Below are positions 41,189 through 55,318 of a stretch of 64,000 nucleotides of DNA, one piece after another (the first letter of the stretch is position 1; every line of letters begins with the position of its first letter). Below the pieces are notes generated by a model. It made no database searches. It had not been told where the DNA came from and saw only the letters and a program-made list of their open reading frames with translations. The translations under genes were made by a program, and so were the position numbers. This DNA comes from Octopus vulgaris (taxonomy: Eukaryota), in assembly GCA_951406725.2 (NCBI GenBank), contig OX597815.1:158906001-158970000 (forward strand), written 5' to 3'.

Positions 41189-41699
41189 AATTGCTAAAAT
41201 TGTGACTACAATTTTATCAGAAACTAATTTGTGTTATTCTTCCTCATTACTCCACTGCCTTAAAATCTATCTTTACATATACACTCTCCACTAACGTAAA
41301 TCTCACAGCTACATGCCAAAATTTAAAAATCCAAACTGTTCATAAATATTTGGTGTGTGTCAACAAGTCTAAATCTTCGCTTATGATATCTGACACTAGC
41401 AATATGGTCAGCAAATTCTTCATCTATTTCTTCAACTTCTGTAATATTCCAGTCATTTAAGTAAAAAATGTATAGCTTATTGTCAAGAAATTCTTTCATT
41501 TGGCGTTGTCTGCTGCCATAACTTAATGATTAATTGGGCAGTATAGAAGAATTCATGTCAAACAATGCAACACAAAGTTTTCGCTAAGTCGTTTGCATAT
41601 TGTACAGCTTTTGAATTCTTTCAGGAAATCGATTTGCTTAACATTTAGAAATTTCTTTCCTGAGTGATATTTCTGTCTGTCACTTATGACTCCTAACAA

Positions 41700-42325
<626 letters not shown>

Positions 42326-42671
42326 CACTCCTCCCATTCACATGAAAATACAATTATCTTTATATAGAATCACATTTTCCCATATGTCTCAAACTGACTT
42401 AACTTTCTTTTATATCTTGCAGTATATAAACTATCTGTAACTCATTCACCTTCCTTCCGTTTTACCAGTTCTGTCTGTCAATTTAACCAAAACTCAAGAT
42501 ATACCAGCAACCTCTTTAAGACCCTGAAATCATATATATGACACAAACACCATTAAAGTTACAAGAGGTTAAACAAAATTTCATGACAGATGAAGACTAA
42601 CTGAAAAATGGACCAGCAAAGGCAGGATTTCTTGAAAATCTTTGTTTGCATGCGTGCATATATATATATTA

Positions 42672-43072
42672 CTCTTTTATTCTTTTACTCTTTTACTTGT
42701 TTCAGTCATTTGACTATGGCCATACTGGAGCACCGCCTTTAGCCGAGCAATTCGATCCTAGGATTTATTCTTTGTAAGCCTAGTACTTATTCTATTGGTC
42801 TCTTTTGCCGAACCGCTAACTTACGGGGACGTAAACACACCAGCATCGGTTGTCAAGCGATGTTGGGGGGGGGGACAAACACAGACACACATATGTACAT
42901 ACATACGACGGGTTTCTTTCAGTTTTCGTCTACCAAATCCACTCACAAGGCTTTGATCGGCTCGAGGCTATATAGTAGAGGACACTTGCCCAAGGTGCCA
43001 CGCAATGGGACTGAACCCGGAACCATGTGGTTCGTAAGCAAGCTACTTACCACACAGCCACTCCTATGCCTA
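42672..43072 (-). mobile_element. Full-length CORE-like tRNA SINE
   Basis: Head aggagtggctgtgtggtaag...gggttcagtccc...ggcaccttgggcaagtgtc; (taaaagag)n-like tail. Confidence 0.9.
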
Positions 43073-43229
43073 TGTAACTAAACAAACATATGCATACAAG
43101 CACACACACATACATACACACACACACATATATATATACATACACATTTATAAATATATACATACACATGAATTTATGTCCGAAAAGAATTGTGTATGTA
43201 TGTGTGTGTGTGTGTGTGTCTATATATTT

Positions 43230-43754
43230 CATCTTTTGTTTGTTTCAGTAATTATACTGCGGCCATGCTGGGGTACCGTCCCGAAGAAATTTAGTCGAAT
43301 GAATCGATCCCAGTACTTATTTTTCCAAAGTCCTGTACTTTAAAGCATGGTACTATCCTTCTGTTTTGCTGACCCGCTAAGTTACGATAACGTAAACACA
43401 CCAACACCGGTTTTCAAGCAGTGCTGCAGTATAAAACCAGACACACACGCACGCACACACACATGTTAAGAACATAAAAAAGTTTAACAAGTTTATTGAA
43501 ATATTGGGCACAAAAGATTACAACAAATTTATTATACATTCTCAAGATAATTTCCAGAAGGAATTATTAAAAAGTTCTGTGGAATATTGGTATACACGCA
43601 AAGAATATTATGAGTTCAAAAAGGTTTACATTATAATAGTAGGGAAGCTAAAACTGACCTGTCCACCATGTTAACCTAAAAGAATATTATCTATTTCACG
43701 GGACACTGTAGGTGTGTTTGGGTGGGGGGAAGGAGGGGTAATGTGGAACTGAAA

Positions 43755-43806
<52 letters not shown>

Positions 43807-43930
43807 CAGGCTTCTTTCAGTTTCCATCTACCAAATCCACTCACAAGGCATTGATCAGCCCAAGGTGTCACGCAGTAGGACTGAATTCGGAACCATATGG
43901 TTGGGAAGCGAACCTCTTACGCCGCGCCAT
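43230..43930 (-). mobile_element. CORE-like SINE with a 296-bp foreign insert (43462-43757) in its CA tract
   Basis: SINE halves at 43230-43440 and 43803-43930; the insert matches 45095-45390. Confidence 0.8.
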
Positions 43931-44177
43931 TGTCTTGTAGATTCGTTAGCTATTTCCTGTGGCTTCTCGCCACTGGCGCCACCAGAAGTGAACAATATTG
44001 CTGTTCATGAACTTTTGGACGATATACCCTGACCCCAGTGTTTGTTTTGTCTGTCCTCGTATCGTCCCCTCTTTTTCTCAACCTCATGCTTAATAAAGGA
44101 ATTGACTGATGTAGAATTAGCTACGTCTTATATGTGGATTTTCCGTTTGTTGAGTTTCTTTTCAATTTTTGGAACAT

Positions 44178-44252
<75 letters not shown>

Positions 44253-44253
44253 T

Positions 44254-44291
<38 letters not shown>

Positions 44292-44482
44292 CATATATAT
44301 ATATGTATATACATGTATATATATACATATATATATATATATAATATATACTCATAAATATATGTGTACATATATATGTATATATATATATGTATGTGTG
44401 TATGTGTATATGAGAGAGAGAGGGAGAAATGGGAATAGATAGCTAGATAGGTAGATAGGTAGATACACACACACATATATTT

Positions 44483-44576
44483 ATAGAAAGTTGTTGTGTA
44501 AGGCCGGAACAATGCAAGAAGGTAAAAAGTATACTACAAAAGGACTACTTTTTCGCCTTACACAACAACTTTCTAT
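44483..44576. repeat. 22-bp perfect inverted repeat with 50-bp spacer between microsatellites
   Basis: atagaaagttgttgtgtaaggc / gccttacacaacaactttctat. Confidence 0.85.
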
Positions 44577-44617
44577 GAAGTTAAACATCACAATGCTTCA
44601 CTGAAACTACCTTTTCT

Positions 44618-44662
<45 letters not shown>

Positions 44663-44665
<3 letters not shown>

Positions 44666-45400
44666 CAAAGTGGAGTTGTAGGGTACCGCACGAGTGGAAT
44701 TATATACGAAAGAAGGTTTGAAAAGGCAATTTTAAAAGATGTTTATTTACTTTACCGGTTTCACTCTTTGGAAAAAGATGTGAAAAGTAACATGTAGAAG
44801 TTTGGTTGCGTTAATTATTAGTTGTTAAAAATGTTACGTTACATATATACAGTCTTTGGTAACAAGGACATGTTAAGGACATAAAAAAGTTTAAGAAGCT
44901 CCTTAAAATATTGGGCACAAAAGATTACAACATAAATAATCATTCTCAAGAACATGTTAACGATAGTTTCCAAAAGGAATTGTTAAAAAGTTCAGTGGGA
45001 TATTGGTATTGTATCTGTATATTCAAACACGCACAGAATATTGGTTGACACAGAGTACTACAATACATATATATACATTCTTTGGTGACAAGAGCATGTT
45101 AAGAACATAAAAAAGTTTAACAAGTTTATTGAAATATTGGGCACAAAAGATTACAACAAATATATTATACAGTCTCAAGATAATTTCCAGAAGGAATTAT
45201 TAAAAAGTTCTGTGGAATATTGGTATACACGCAAAGAATATTATGAGTTCAAAAAGGTTTACATTATAATAGTAGGGAAGCTAAAACTGACCTGTCCACC
45301 ATGTTAACCTAAAAGAATATTATCTATTTCACGGGACACTGTAGGTGTGTTTGGGTGGGGGGAAGGAGGAGTAATGTGGAACTGAAAATAATTTCTCCTT
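44663..45400 (-). mobile_element. Probable PLE terminal relic with internal about 227-bp tandem duplication
   Basis: Minus-strand GAAA-ccgg-TA (44753-44762) followed by AATAAA, abutting (TA)n; 44850-45045 is a diverged copy of 45077-45245. Confidence 0.5.
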
Positions 45401-45404
45401 TTTG

Positions 45405-45438
<34 letters not shown>

Positions 45439-46213
45439 ATTATAATTATAATTAAGGGTATCTAAGAGATACCGGTTTCAGTCCCGCTACGTGGCACCTT
45501 GGGCAAGTGTATTCTTTATATCTTATATCTTATATCTTATATGTAAAGAATAATATGTTATATGTATGTTATTGTAATTATCAATTTAGTAAATAAATAA
45601 ATTAATTAACATAATATAATGTCTAAAAGTTGATGAACCACTTATCAATCTCCTCCATTTTCCTATTGTTATATATATATATTTACTCGCGCGCACGTAG
45701 TGTCTGGCTGTATTTATGCATGTATGTATGCATATAGGGATGTTTGCATGTATGTATGTATTTCTTACACTTTGAAACAGAAACGAATACGGAACACAGA
45801 AAAACAATTAATACAATAACAACATAACGATGACTACAAAAACAGAATCAAAAACATTAGTCTTGCAAGGAGTGAAGTAAACAGCAATATAAATCAATAT
45901 AGTTTTGTAAAACTCAGAATGACAAACACTCACATACTCGTGCATACACACACACGCACATGCACACACACACACACACACACATGCACACACAACTTTA
46001 CATTGGCAGACAATCTTTACCTCTCTTTTCCGCTTTCTCAGACAGAAAGTTGTTATTGTATTTTGAAATAAACAATAGGTTGAAGGAGTTAAGCTTCTCG
46101 GAAGATAGGAATGCTGGAGAGCGGGTGAGGTTAGTGTGGGACATTGTGGAGTATTGAAAGTGGATGAGAAATATGTTTGTGTGTGTGTGTGTGCACACAT
46201 GCATATGTATGTG

Positions 46214-46265
<52 letters not shown>

Positions 46266-46271
46266 CACACA

Positions 46272-46411
46272 CAGGGTGCGGTGAATAAACTGTCGTCTAA
46301 ATTACGCGCTAAAATGAAAACACTAACATCTCATTTTAACAGATATATTTACCAAAATTACATAAAAGTATCTTGAAATACTAAGGAGTAAATTTATTCA
46401 ATATAATCACC
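46272..46411 (-). mobile_element. Right end of the same DD37D element as 27180-27612
   Basis: cagggtgcggtgaataaactgtc...aaatttattcaatataatca is the reverse complement of about 27484-27612. Confidence 0.8.
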
Positions 46412-46546
46412 AGTCTCCGTGACATAGCGGCTCGGCAAAAGAGACCGATAGGATAAGCACCAGGCTTACAAAGAATAAGTCCAGGAGTCAATTCTTTCCA
46501 CAGTCAATTGACTGCAACAAGTAAAAGAATTAAAGAATATGTTATA

Positions 46547-46931
46547 CTAGCAGTATCACCCGGCGTTGCTCGGGTTTGTAAGGGAAATAACTATAAAGCA
46601 TTTTTAGAGAGTTATAGCCAAAAAATAGCAAAAAAAATGGAAAAAAAATGATGGTAAATTTTCTTTTGAGAGTTAAAAGGTCGAGTTGCGTCCCCTAGAC
46701 AGTCTGTGGTTTGTGTTTCTGATTCTCGACCCCATGTCGAATTTATCGATTTTTTTCAGAACTGGGGGAACTTTTCAAAATTTTCGCTGCGTTAGTTTTG
46801 AATTATGACATTGGGCTATGTGTGTATCATGTTTCATCAGAATCGGTTGAAAGCCGTGGTCAGGGTGAGGGTACAACCTAACAGACACACAGAAACACAC
46901 ACAGACAAACTGCCGTTTATATAGAGAGAGA
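46547..46931 (-). mobile_element. Complete non-autonomous Helitron (385 bp)
   Basis: Minus strand A|TC(tc)n tatataaacggcag ... hairpin cccgagcaacgccggg ... CTAG|T. Confidence 0.88.
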
Positions 46932-47099
46932 TAAATAAATATTCATTACCTATATTATATATTTTATATATACATACATATTTATCCATTACATATAACT
47001 TTTTTATCTTTTCATCTTTTTTTTCACTAATTTCAGCTCGTAAGCTGTGTCCGCACTGGGCACCGCTATACTATCATTTATCCCACTTCTTTTGTTGGC

Positions 47100-47545
47100 A
47101 TCTGGTGAATGAAAAAAAGGTCCAAGTTGCTACTCTCACTTGTATTTCTTGCGCCAAAGAAGCCTCATCTGGAATTCTAATCAGCAGAATGTCCAGTTGC
47201 TTTTTGAAAATATCTTCATGTTCACCATTTAGGTTTTTTAAGTTTTGCAATACGCTTTTCGAAGTTTGGGTTTATGAACTCTCAACGATTGCAGTATACG
47301 GTTTTAAATCTGGATGGCTAACATGGAACCTTTGGAACCATGCAGTGGCGCTCTGTTTGAGGATAAGTAATCTTTGAAGCAAACCTTTGCAGGATCTATA
47401 TATATTACTGTATATAATTTTCGCTTCAGGGAGAAAAGTTTTAATTTTCATGCTCTCCCATTAACTGATCTATTGTATTGATGTAATCTTCTTCGTGCAG
47501 CAACCTCTTTAGCAAAATTAATTAGGGTTTAAGATTTGCTTTTGT
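47100..47545 (-). pseudogene. Decayed pogo/Fot1-like transposase fragment
   Basis: TAWFQRFHVSHPDLKP (CENP-B-type HTH W..RF...HP.L) and a downstream PDEASL resembling the first DDE motif. Confidence 0.5.
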
Positions 47546-47589
47546 ATCTTCTTCAACCCTGCTTTCTTTTATAGAAGTGCTACATTTAA

Positions 47590-48285
47590 AAAGAGATATT
47601 ATCCTCGGACGACTACCTCAGGTAATTTGCTTTTTTCGCGATATCTATTTTAATTCAATACTGCTTCTATCGCATAAAACAGATTTTCAATCAGCTGCGC
47701 ATCTAATCACAACACCAATGATTTTCCAATCACTGCTTTCCTATATCAATAGCCAAAGTAAGATATTATCTTTGCATGCGGTTGACAGTGATTACATGCA
47801 ACTGACATAGCACAACGAGGCAGAAATGTGCATCTAGCATTCTCACAACCACTACTTGACAACTTTCTTCTGATACTGATATGCTTGTATTTTTACACAC
47901 AGTACGTCCATAAAAGATATCATCTCCGAACGAGTACGGCACGTAATTTGCTTTTTTTGCGATAGCTATTTAAATCTAATACTGCTTCTATTACATATAC
48001 CAAATTTTCGTTCTGCCGGGCGTCCAATCGCAAAACCACTGAATTTTCAATCATTGCTTTCCTATATCAGTAGCTGATATAGTTGAATTTTGTCTTTGCA
48101 TGCGGTTGGCAGTGATTCCACGATACTAATAAAGCGCAACGAAGCAAAAATGCGCATCTAGTATTCTCACCGCCAGAACAAGACAAGTTTCTTCTAATAC
48201 TGTTATGGTTGTATCTTTAAACACATCACGTCCATAGAAGATATTATCTCCGGACGAATACCGCAGTTAATTTGCATTTTCATAA
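47590..48285. repeat. Diverged about 325-bp tandem repeat, about 2.2 copies
   Basis: agatat(t/c)atc...(g/a)acga.tac....taatttgc recurs at about 47594, 47915 and 48239 with colinear bodies. Confidence 0.85.
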
Positions 48286-48304
48286 ATTTTCAGTATAAAT
48301 AAAT

Positions 48305-48552
48305 AATAAATGCGCCCTTTTTAAAGCCTAGCCAGGCTCATTGGCCCTATTTCCCGGTTTCTATGGCGTATGTGTTCCCCAGCTGGACGGGACGCCAGTC
48401 CATCGCAGCGTTGCTCATTTTTGCCGGCTGAGTGGACTGGTGCAACGTGACATGAAGTGTTTTGCTCAAGAACACAACGCGTCGCCCAGTCCAGGAATCG
48501 AAACCACAATCTTACGATCATGATGCTGACACCCTCTAACCACTAAGCCACG
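48305..48552 (-). mobile_element. V/CORE-like tRNA SINE
   Basis: tgaagtgttttgctcaagaacacaacgc...ggaatcgaaacc...aaccactaagccacgc; body shared with the 60815 copy. Confidence 0.85.
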
Positions 48553-50335
48553 CAAAAGACAAAATATTATTTCAGCAAACACATCGTTCGACAAAACCAA
48601 CACAAACGTAATAGAATTTTGGAGGAGCGGAACAATGGATTAAATTTATCCCAGCCCTTGAATGGCACACATTTTACTGACTCCAGGAAGATAAAACGCA
48701 AAGCAATCCATTGCAGAATTTGAATTCACAACATAAATAGAGGTGGCTAAATACAACAAACATTTAATCACTTGATTTCACTTTTATTTTATCTTATATG
48801 TTTTACATGTTTCAATCATTGGGCTGTGGCCATGTTATGGTACCGTCTTGAAGGGTCTAGTAGAATAAATCAAACCCTGTGCTTATTTTTAAATCAGATA
48901 TTTATTTTACCGGTCTCTTGTAAACCGTTAATTTAGGTGGAAGCGTCAAACGATGGTGGGGGAGAAACATAAAAACACACAGACACACACACACACATGA
49001 TGGGCCTCCACATAGTTTTCCATCTAGCAAATTCATTCACAAGTATTAGTCATTCCAGAGCTATAGTCAAAGATACTTGATCAAGGTGCTGCGCCGTGGG
49101 ACTAGATTCGAAACTACGCCACTGCAATGTGAGGTTCTTGACCGCACAGCCATGTCTGCAATTATAAATATAAACGTCTTAAACTCCAGAAAATTATCTA
49201 TTTCTTCTTTATTCAATAAGGCATAGTTAACAGGAGATTCAGTCTATATTTTTCAGTTTTGAAACTGCGGTACTCGAGTGCGACGCAGCGCATCATTCTG
49301 GGAGTTAACTGAACAAAATAAAATTACCTCGGACGCATAGGTCCATGAGGTTTGAGCGTATCTGGGTTTTCAAGGCATTTTTAACTGAGAGCCCAAGATC
49401 ATCCACTCCGTAAACTGTGCCTCAACCCGTCACAGAATTAGTCTTTTGATGCTGGTACTAATTTCCAGCTGAATGTATTCAGGGAACGTGAAAGAAAGTA
49501 CTTTACCCAGGGAAACAACGTACTGCTATGTCAAAGAATTGAACCCAAGACTTAACGATCGAGATTCTAACATCTTAGCCATTAGGCCACCCGCTTTCAC
49601 GAGTCGCGAGTCACTGTACTAAACACGTCATTTACAGTCGGGAACTATATTTCATTATGAAACCTGTGGAACGTTTGCAAGTTAACTGTCTTTCTGCTTA
49701 TAAATACAGCTTAACACTACTAACAGAACAAGGGTCTCAGTTCTTCTTTTACTCAGCATTCCAACCCCCACTTACTTACTCGACCAAATAATAGCTTTCA
49801 AAGCTATTTCATGCTTTGTTTGTAAGAAAGCGCTGCTCGCCGCCACCACTACTATCGCCTTGAACAAAACTAAGATTTTATGAGAAAACTGTATGTAGGA
49901 TAAACATATATGAAGCAATAACTATAAAAAGAGGATGTTGTAGAACAACATATATCAGCAACTAGGAAGTCTATGGAGAACAATAAAATTCGTATACCGT
50001 GAGGTGATGAGAGATGTAAACTTGTAGGACAGTTCTTGTCTCCTGCTTTAAACGTTAGAATTCTCTTTCCTTCACGGCACACGAACGAACTCTACTTTTA
50101 TATCTTTCTTCAGTTGACTGTTTGCCGATGCAAATAGTACTTTCTACGAATGGTACCAGGCCTGAAATTTTGGAAGAAGGTGATAGTCAATCACATCAGC
50201 CTCAGTGTTCGACTGGTACTTATTTTACCGAGACCGAAAGGATGAAAGGCAAAATCGATTTGAATTCACAAATATCCGGAAGAAATGCAACTAGGAAACC
50301 AAACAGTCCGTGACGATAATGATATCTAGATGGAG

Positions 50336-50945
50336 AAGGCGGCGAGCTGGCAGAGACGTTAGCACGCCGGGCGAAGTGCTTCGCGGTATTTCGCCCATCG
50401 CTACGTTCTGAGTTCAAATTCCGCCGAGGTCGACTTTGCCGTTCATCCTTTAGGAGTTGATAAATTAAGTACCAGTTACGCAGTGGGGTCGATGTAATCG
50501 ACTTAATCCGTTTGTCTGTCCTTGTTTGTTCCCTCTATGTTTAGCCCCCTTGTGGGATATAAAAAAAAAACAGATATCTAGATGGAGGTGTAGATGTGTG
50601 GTAAGAAGTTTGCTTTCCAACCTCAGGGTTCAACATCATTGCAAGGCAACTTGGGCAAGGTGTTTTCTACTGTAACCTCAGACTGACCAAAGCTTTGGGT
50701 GGATCTGATAAACAGAAACTAAAAGAAGCTCGTCGTCTATGTGTGCGTGCGTGTGTATGTGTGTGTGTTTGTCCTTCAGCACCACTTGATAATTGGTGTT
50801 GGTGTGTTTACGTCCCCGTAAGTTAGCGTTTCGGCAAAAGACACCTTTAAAAAATAAGCACTGAAATCGATTCGTTCGACTAAAATTCTTCGAGGTGGTG
50901 CTGCAGCATGACCGCAGTCCAATGACTGAAACGAGTAAAAGAAAG
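50336..50945 (+). mobile_element. MetaSINE-like copy (50336-50572) inserted at the head of a CORE-like SINE (about 50584-50945)
   Basis: 15-bp TSD gatatctagatggag at 50321 and 50573. Confidence 0.88.
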
Positions 50946-50964
50946 AAAAAGAGAACTGCGAGGG

Positions 50965-51555
50965 GCCTTTAAGAGTGTTTTAATATGACGAGAAAAACGC
51001 CCCCCCCCCGTCCGATGGATGGTGTTGAGTTGTCAAACATTTAAACCAAATTTTCTCAAAATAACTTGTGGACCGTCCCATACGCCTCCCCTTTTGACAA
51101 ACACTGATTTAACCTAAATTTGAGACACCAGCAAAAGAAGAAATAACGATAGACTTTTTTTTCTATTCTAAAGAAAAACGATTTTATTCACACAAATATG
51201 CAACCAAAAGACTTTAAAGTACCAGTAATGATAAGGCTGTTGACTGGGAGAACACAAACATGGTTTAAACAGTAAGCTTGACAGAAAAGAAACGTGCCTT
51301 TAAGCAGTACAAAAACAACAAAAAAATGGAAGGTGTAGTTATGTACAGAATGACGGAAGAAAAGCAGGACAAAAATGGCTTTATCGATCGCATTCTCACT
51401 TGGAATCGATTTTTGTAATTTTTTCAAGACTTATACACGCCCTGGTACCGTCGGTCTACATATCAAATTTGAGCGCAATCGGATAGAGGATGCCCGAGTT
51501 CCGAGAAGACACACACACACAGACAGACAGACAGAACGGATTTTATATAAGAGAT
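50965..51555 (-). mobile_element. Helitron-like non-autonomous element, 5' part
   Basis: Minus-strand atctcttatataaaatccgttctgtctgtctgtctgtgtg...ccgattgcgctcaaatttg parallels the 5' end of 46547-46931; no CTAG end found. Confidence 0.5.
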
Positions 51556-51867
51556 TAATTCATTGCGAAGATCTCATCCAGTTTTGCAAATTATTTATGC
51601 GACACTAATTGATTTAGCAATCTCCTTAATTTATTTAGTGAAATTTTGTTTCTTTATTAGAATTAAGTTTAATTATTCAGGTGCTGAGAGAGGAGGTTCT
51701 TGCTGTACATTGCACTTAAAATAGCCAATATTAAGCAAAGACCCTGATAAATAAAATAGTGAGATAGACAAGGTGGAAACGTTTGTGGAAACATAGGTGT
51801 GTTTGATTATTCCTAGCTATGAATTGGCAACAACAACAACAACAAGTGTTAAATCATGAAATATTGG

Positions 51868-52861
51868 TTGCAAAGATTGGTACATCGCCAGAAAGTTCGT
51901 GGGGAGGGTAAGTCGATTACATAGACTCCAGTGCTCAAATGATATTTATTTTATCGACCTCAAAAGGATGAAAGTCAAAGTCGGCCTCGGCTGAATTTGA
52001 ACTCAGAACGTGCAAACGGACGAAATGCCGCTCAGCATTTTGCTCGGCGTGCTAACGATTCGGCCAGCTCGCCGCCTTAACCATGAAATATTCTTTTCTA
52101 CTCTAGGCACAAGGCCTGAAATTTTGGAGGAGGCCAGTCGATTATGTCGAGCCCAGTACGCAACTGGTACTTAATTTATCGACCCCAAAAGGATGAAAGG
52201 CAAAGTTGACCTCGGCGGAATTTGAACACAGAACGTAAAGACAGACGAAATACCTATTTCTTTACTACCCACAAGGGGCTAAACACAGAAAGATCAAACA
52301 ACGACAGACAAACGGATTAAGTCGATTATATCGACCCCAGTGCGTAACTGGTACTTAATTTATCGACCCCGAAAGGATGAACGGCAAAGTCGACCTCGGC
52401 GGAATTTGAACACAGAACGTAAAGACAGACGAAATACCTATTTCTGTTTCTTTACTACCTACAAGGGGCTAAACACAGAGAGACCAAACAACGACAGACA
52501 AACGGATTAAGTCGATTATATCGACCCCAGTGCGTAACTGGTACTTATTTAATCGACCCCGAAAGGATGAAAGGCAAAGTCGACCTCGGCGGAATTTGAA
52601 CTCAGAACGTAGCTGCAGACGAAATACCTATTTCTTTACTACCCACAAGGGGCTAAACACAGAGGAGACAAACAAGGACAGACAAACGGATTAAGTCGAT
52701 TACATCGACTCCAGTGCGTAACTGGTACTTAATTTATCGACCCCGAAAGGATGAACGGCAAAGTCGACCTCGGCGGAATTTGAACTCAGAACGTAGCGGC
52801 AGACGAAATACCGCTAAGCATTTCGCCCGGCGTGCTAACGTTTCTGCCAGCTCGCCGCCTT
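51868..52861 (-). mobile_element. MetaSINE-like monomer (51868-52078) plus tetrameric SINE array (52093-52861)
   Basis: Units of about 185 bp with junctions at about 52254, 52439 and 52629; 17-bp TSD cttaaccatgaaatatt at 52076 and 52862. Confidence 0.92.
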
Positions 52862-53723
52862 CTTAACCATGAAATATTAATTTAAATGTGACCCTAACCT
52901 TAATAAATTTGTCTTGTGGATAGCAATAACACGTTTTACTCCCTTATAGTGATTAACGAAAATTACAAGTGACATGTCTCACTCACTCAAGAAATGTTCC
53001 GATTCATCGTTTAACAAGTGTAGTGAAAGGATTTCGGAGAAGAGTCAATCCCCAGAGCTCCTGTCCGTAGGTTACACAGATCACATTTATTTAGTGAACC
53101 ACTAACGAATTCTTAGCGTTTTTGTAATTTATTTATTTCTTTATAATATTCTACTCTTGTCTATTATTCTGCATGTGTCTCAGAAGAACAGGAAATGACA
53201 AAGAGAACTAGAATAAGAAAAGAAAGAATATAAAATATTCTTTGGATTTTTGTCGTTTTTATTGTATTGTATTATTTATTTATTTTTTTTCTCTTGTGAC
53301 TGCTTTGGATTTTTTCAGCTGCTTTTCTTTATCTTAAACTGCTTTTTTTATTGCTTCTGTAACTCGAGAGGTGCCGAATGACAGAATCGTTAGTGCGTCG
53401 GACCAAAAATGCTTAGCAGCATTTCTCACCATATTTTACGTTCTGAGTTCAAATTACACTAAGGCTGACTTTGCTTTTCACCATTCCGGTTGTAGTTGAA
53501 AAAATTGATCCCAGTTCCTATTTTTAAGTCTGGTACTTGTGCTATCGATATCTTTTGCTGAACTGCTAAGTCGCGGCGACATAAACAAAACAACACCGGT
53601 TGTCAGGCGGTTGTGATAAACACAAAGACACATACAGATATACATATACACATCACATACAGACTTGCATGCATTTATGTATGTATGTATCTAATATAGA
53701 TGCATGTGTGTGTGTGTATTATT

Positions 53724-54116
53724 TTGTTTCAGTCGTTTTGACTGCGGCCATGCTGGAGCACCACTTTTAGTCGAGCAAATCGACTTCACGTCTTACATTC
53801 TTTGTAAGCCTAGTACTTATTCTATCGGTCTCTCTTGTAACCGCTAAGTTACGGGGACGTAAACACATCAGCATCGGTTGTCCAGCGATGGGGGGGGGGG
53901 TACAAACAGACACACACACACATATATGTACGACAAGCTTCTTTTAGTTTCCACTCTCAAGTCTTTGGTCGGCCCGAGGCTATTGCAGAAAACACTTGCC
54001 CAAGGTGCTACGCAGTGGGACTGAACCTGGAACCATGTGGTTGGGAAGCAAGCTACTTATCACACAACCACTCCTGCACCTATAGCCATTCCTGCCCCTA
54101 TAGCCACTCCTGCGCC
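53724..54116 (-). mobile_element. Full-length CORE-like tRNA SINE with triplicated head
   Basis: Matches the 42672-43072 copy; ccactcctgc-like unit occurs three times at 54068-54116. Confidence 0.88.
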
Positions 54117-55097
54117 TTAGATATATATATAAACGTTATCAACCGCACATACTATTAACGTACATGCTTTGTGTATTTCTCAGTAGGCGATATGGCGTGG
54201 TGGAGAATATTCTCTCAAAGCACCGGGTGTTAGAACATCTGAAAGTCATGGACTGCTTGACAACTCACCCCAAATCCCATTCAGCAGAGATAGACATATA
54301 TATATATATATACGGGCTGCCAGACTGTTTCCGTCAACCAAATTCATTCAAAAGTCAATACATTGGTCAGTCCGGGGTTAGATTATAGAACTCGTTCCCA
54401 AGATGCCACTTAGTGGGACAGAACTCGAAATCACATGGTTGCAAAGCTAGCTTCTTAACCACTCAGCCGCACGTGTGACCTGTTGATAATTTATTTATGA
54501 TTTCTAGCATACCGAGAGGCAAGATATAATGGTCGACATTTGACGCGATACTCTTCATATACTGTTGATTTCATATATAGGGAAAAAAAGTCACAAACTT
54601 ATGTACAGAATAAATGACATTGTGTGAGAATTATGCCTTTTCAAATAGTTGCATGTACGAATTGAAATCACATTTTTTTGAGAGGACATGGCCGATTTAT
54701 TTCCAGAAAGATGAAAAGCAAATCTGTGGATTCTGTCGAGATTTGAATTCAGAATGTTGGCTAACGGAATTACTGAAATCTAATAATCGTGTTGATCATG
54801 CGTTGTCTTTTCAATTAAGTCAAAATTCAAAACTATCTCTAAAGGTGTCCGTCCATTTTGCAAAAGTAATGAAATAAAGTTAGTTCAGCTATCTACTCTG
54901 AAAATATGAAAGCTGAAGGTAGGGACAGTACAGGGAGAGGGAGAGAGAGTTGGAGGGGAGACAGAGACAGATAGAGGAGATGAAAGGAAGAAAGAACTGT
55001 CCATTGCCAGTTATGTTCATTTGGAAATTGACACATAGTCGCCAAACATGCTGAAAATAGCAGCCTAAATTCTCCCGAATCAGCACTACTATCTTAA

Positions 55098-55318
55098 CCC
55101 TTTTGTTACTGTATTTATTTCGAGATGTTCTGTATTTCTTTCAATTACTTTAAATATAACTAAGAATTTAGTAAAATAACTTAGTTATCATTCAACTAGC
55201 GTTAGGAACATAAATTGTGACTAAGGTTTGGTAGAAGATTTTAATTCAAAACTTATGAAAACAAGACATTTCTACTACAGAGCCAGAGCCGGTTTCAGCC
55301 GGGTTGGTAACGAAAGGC
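55098..55318. mobile_element. piggyBac-type MITE
   Basis: TTAA|cccttttgttac ... gtaacgaaaggc|ta; right TSD eroded. Confidence 0.7.
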
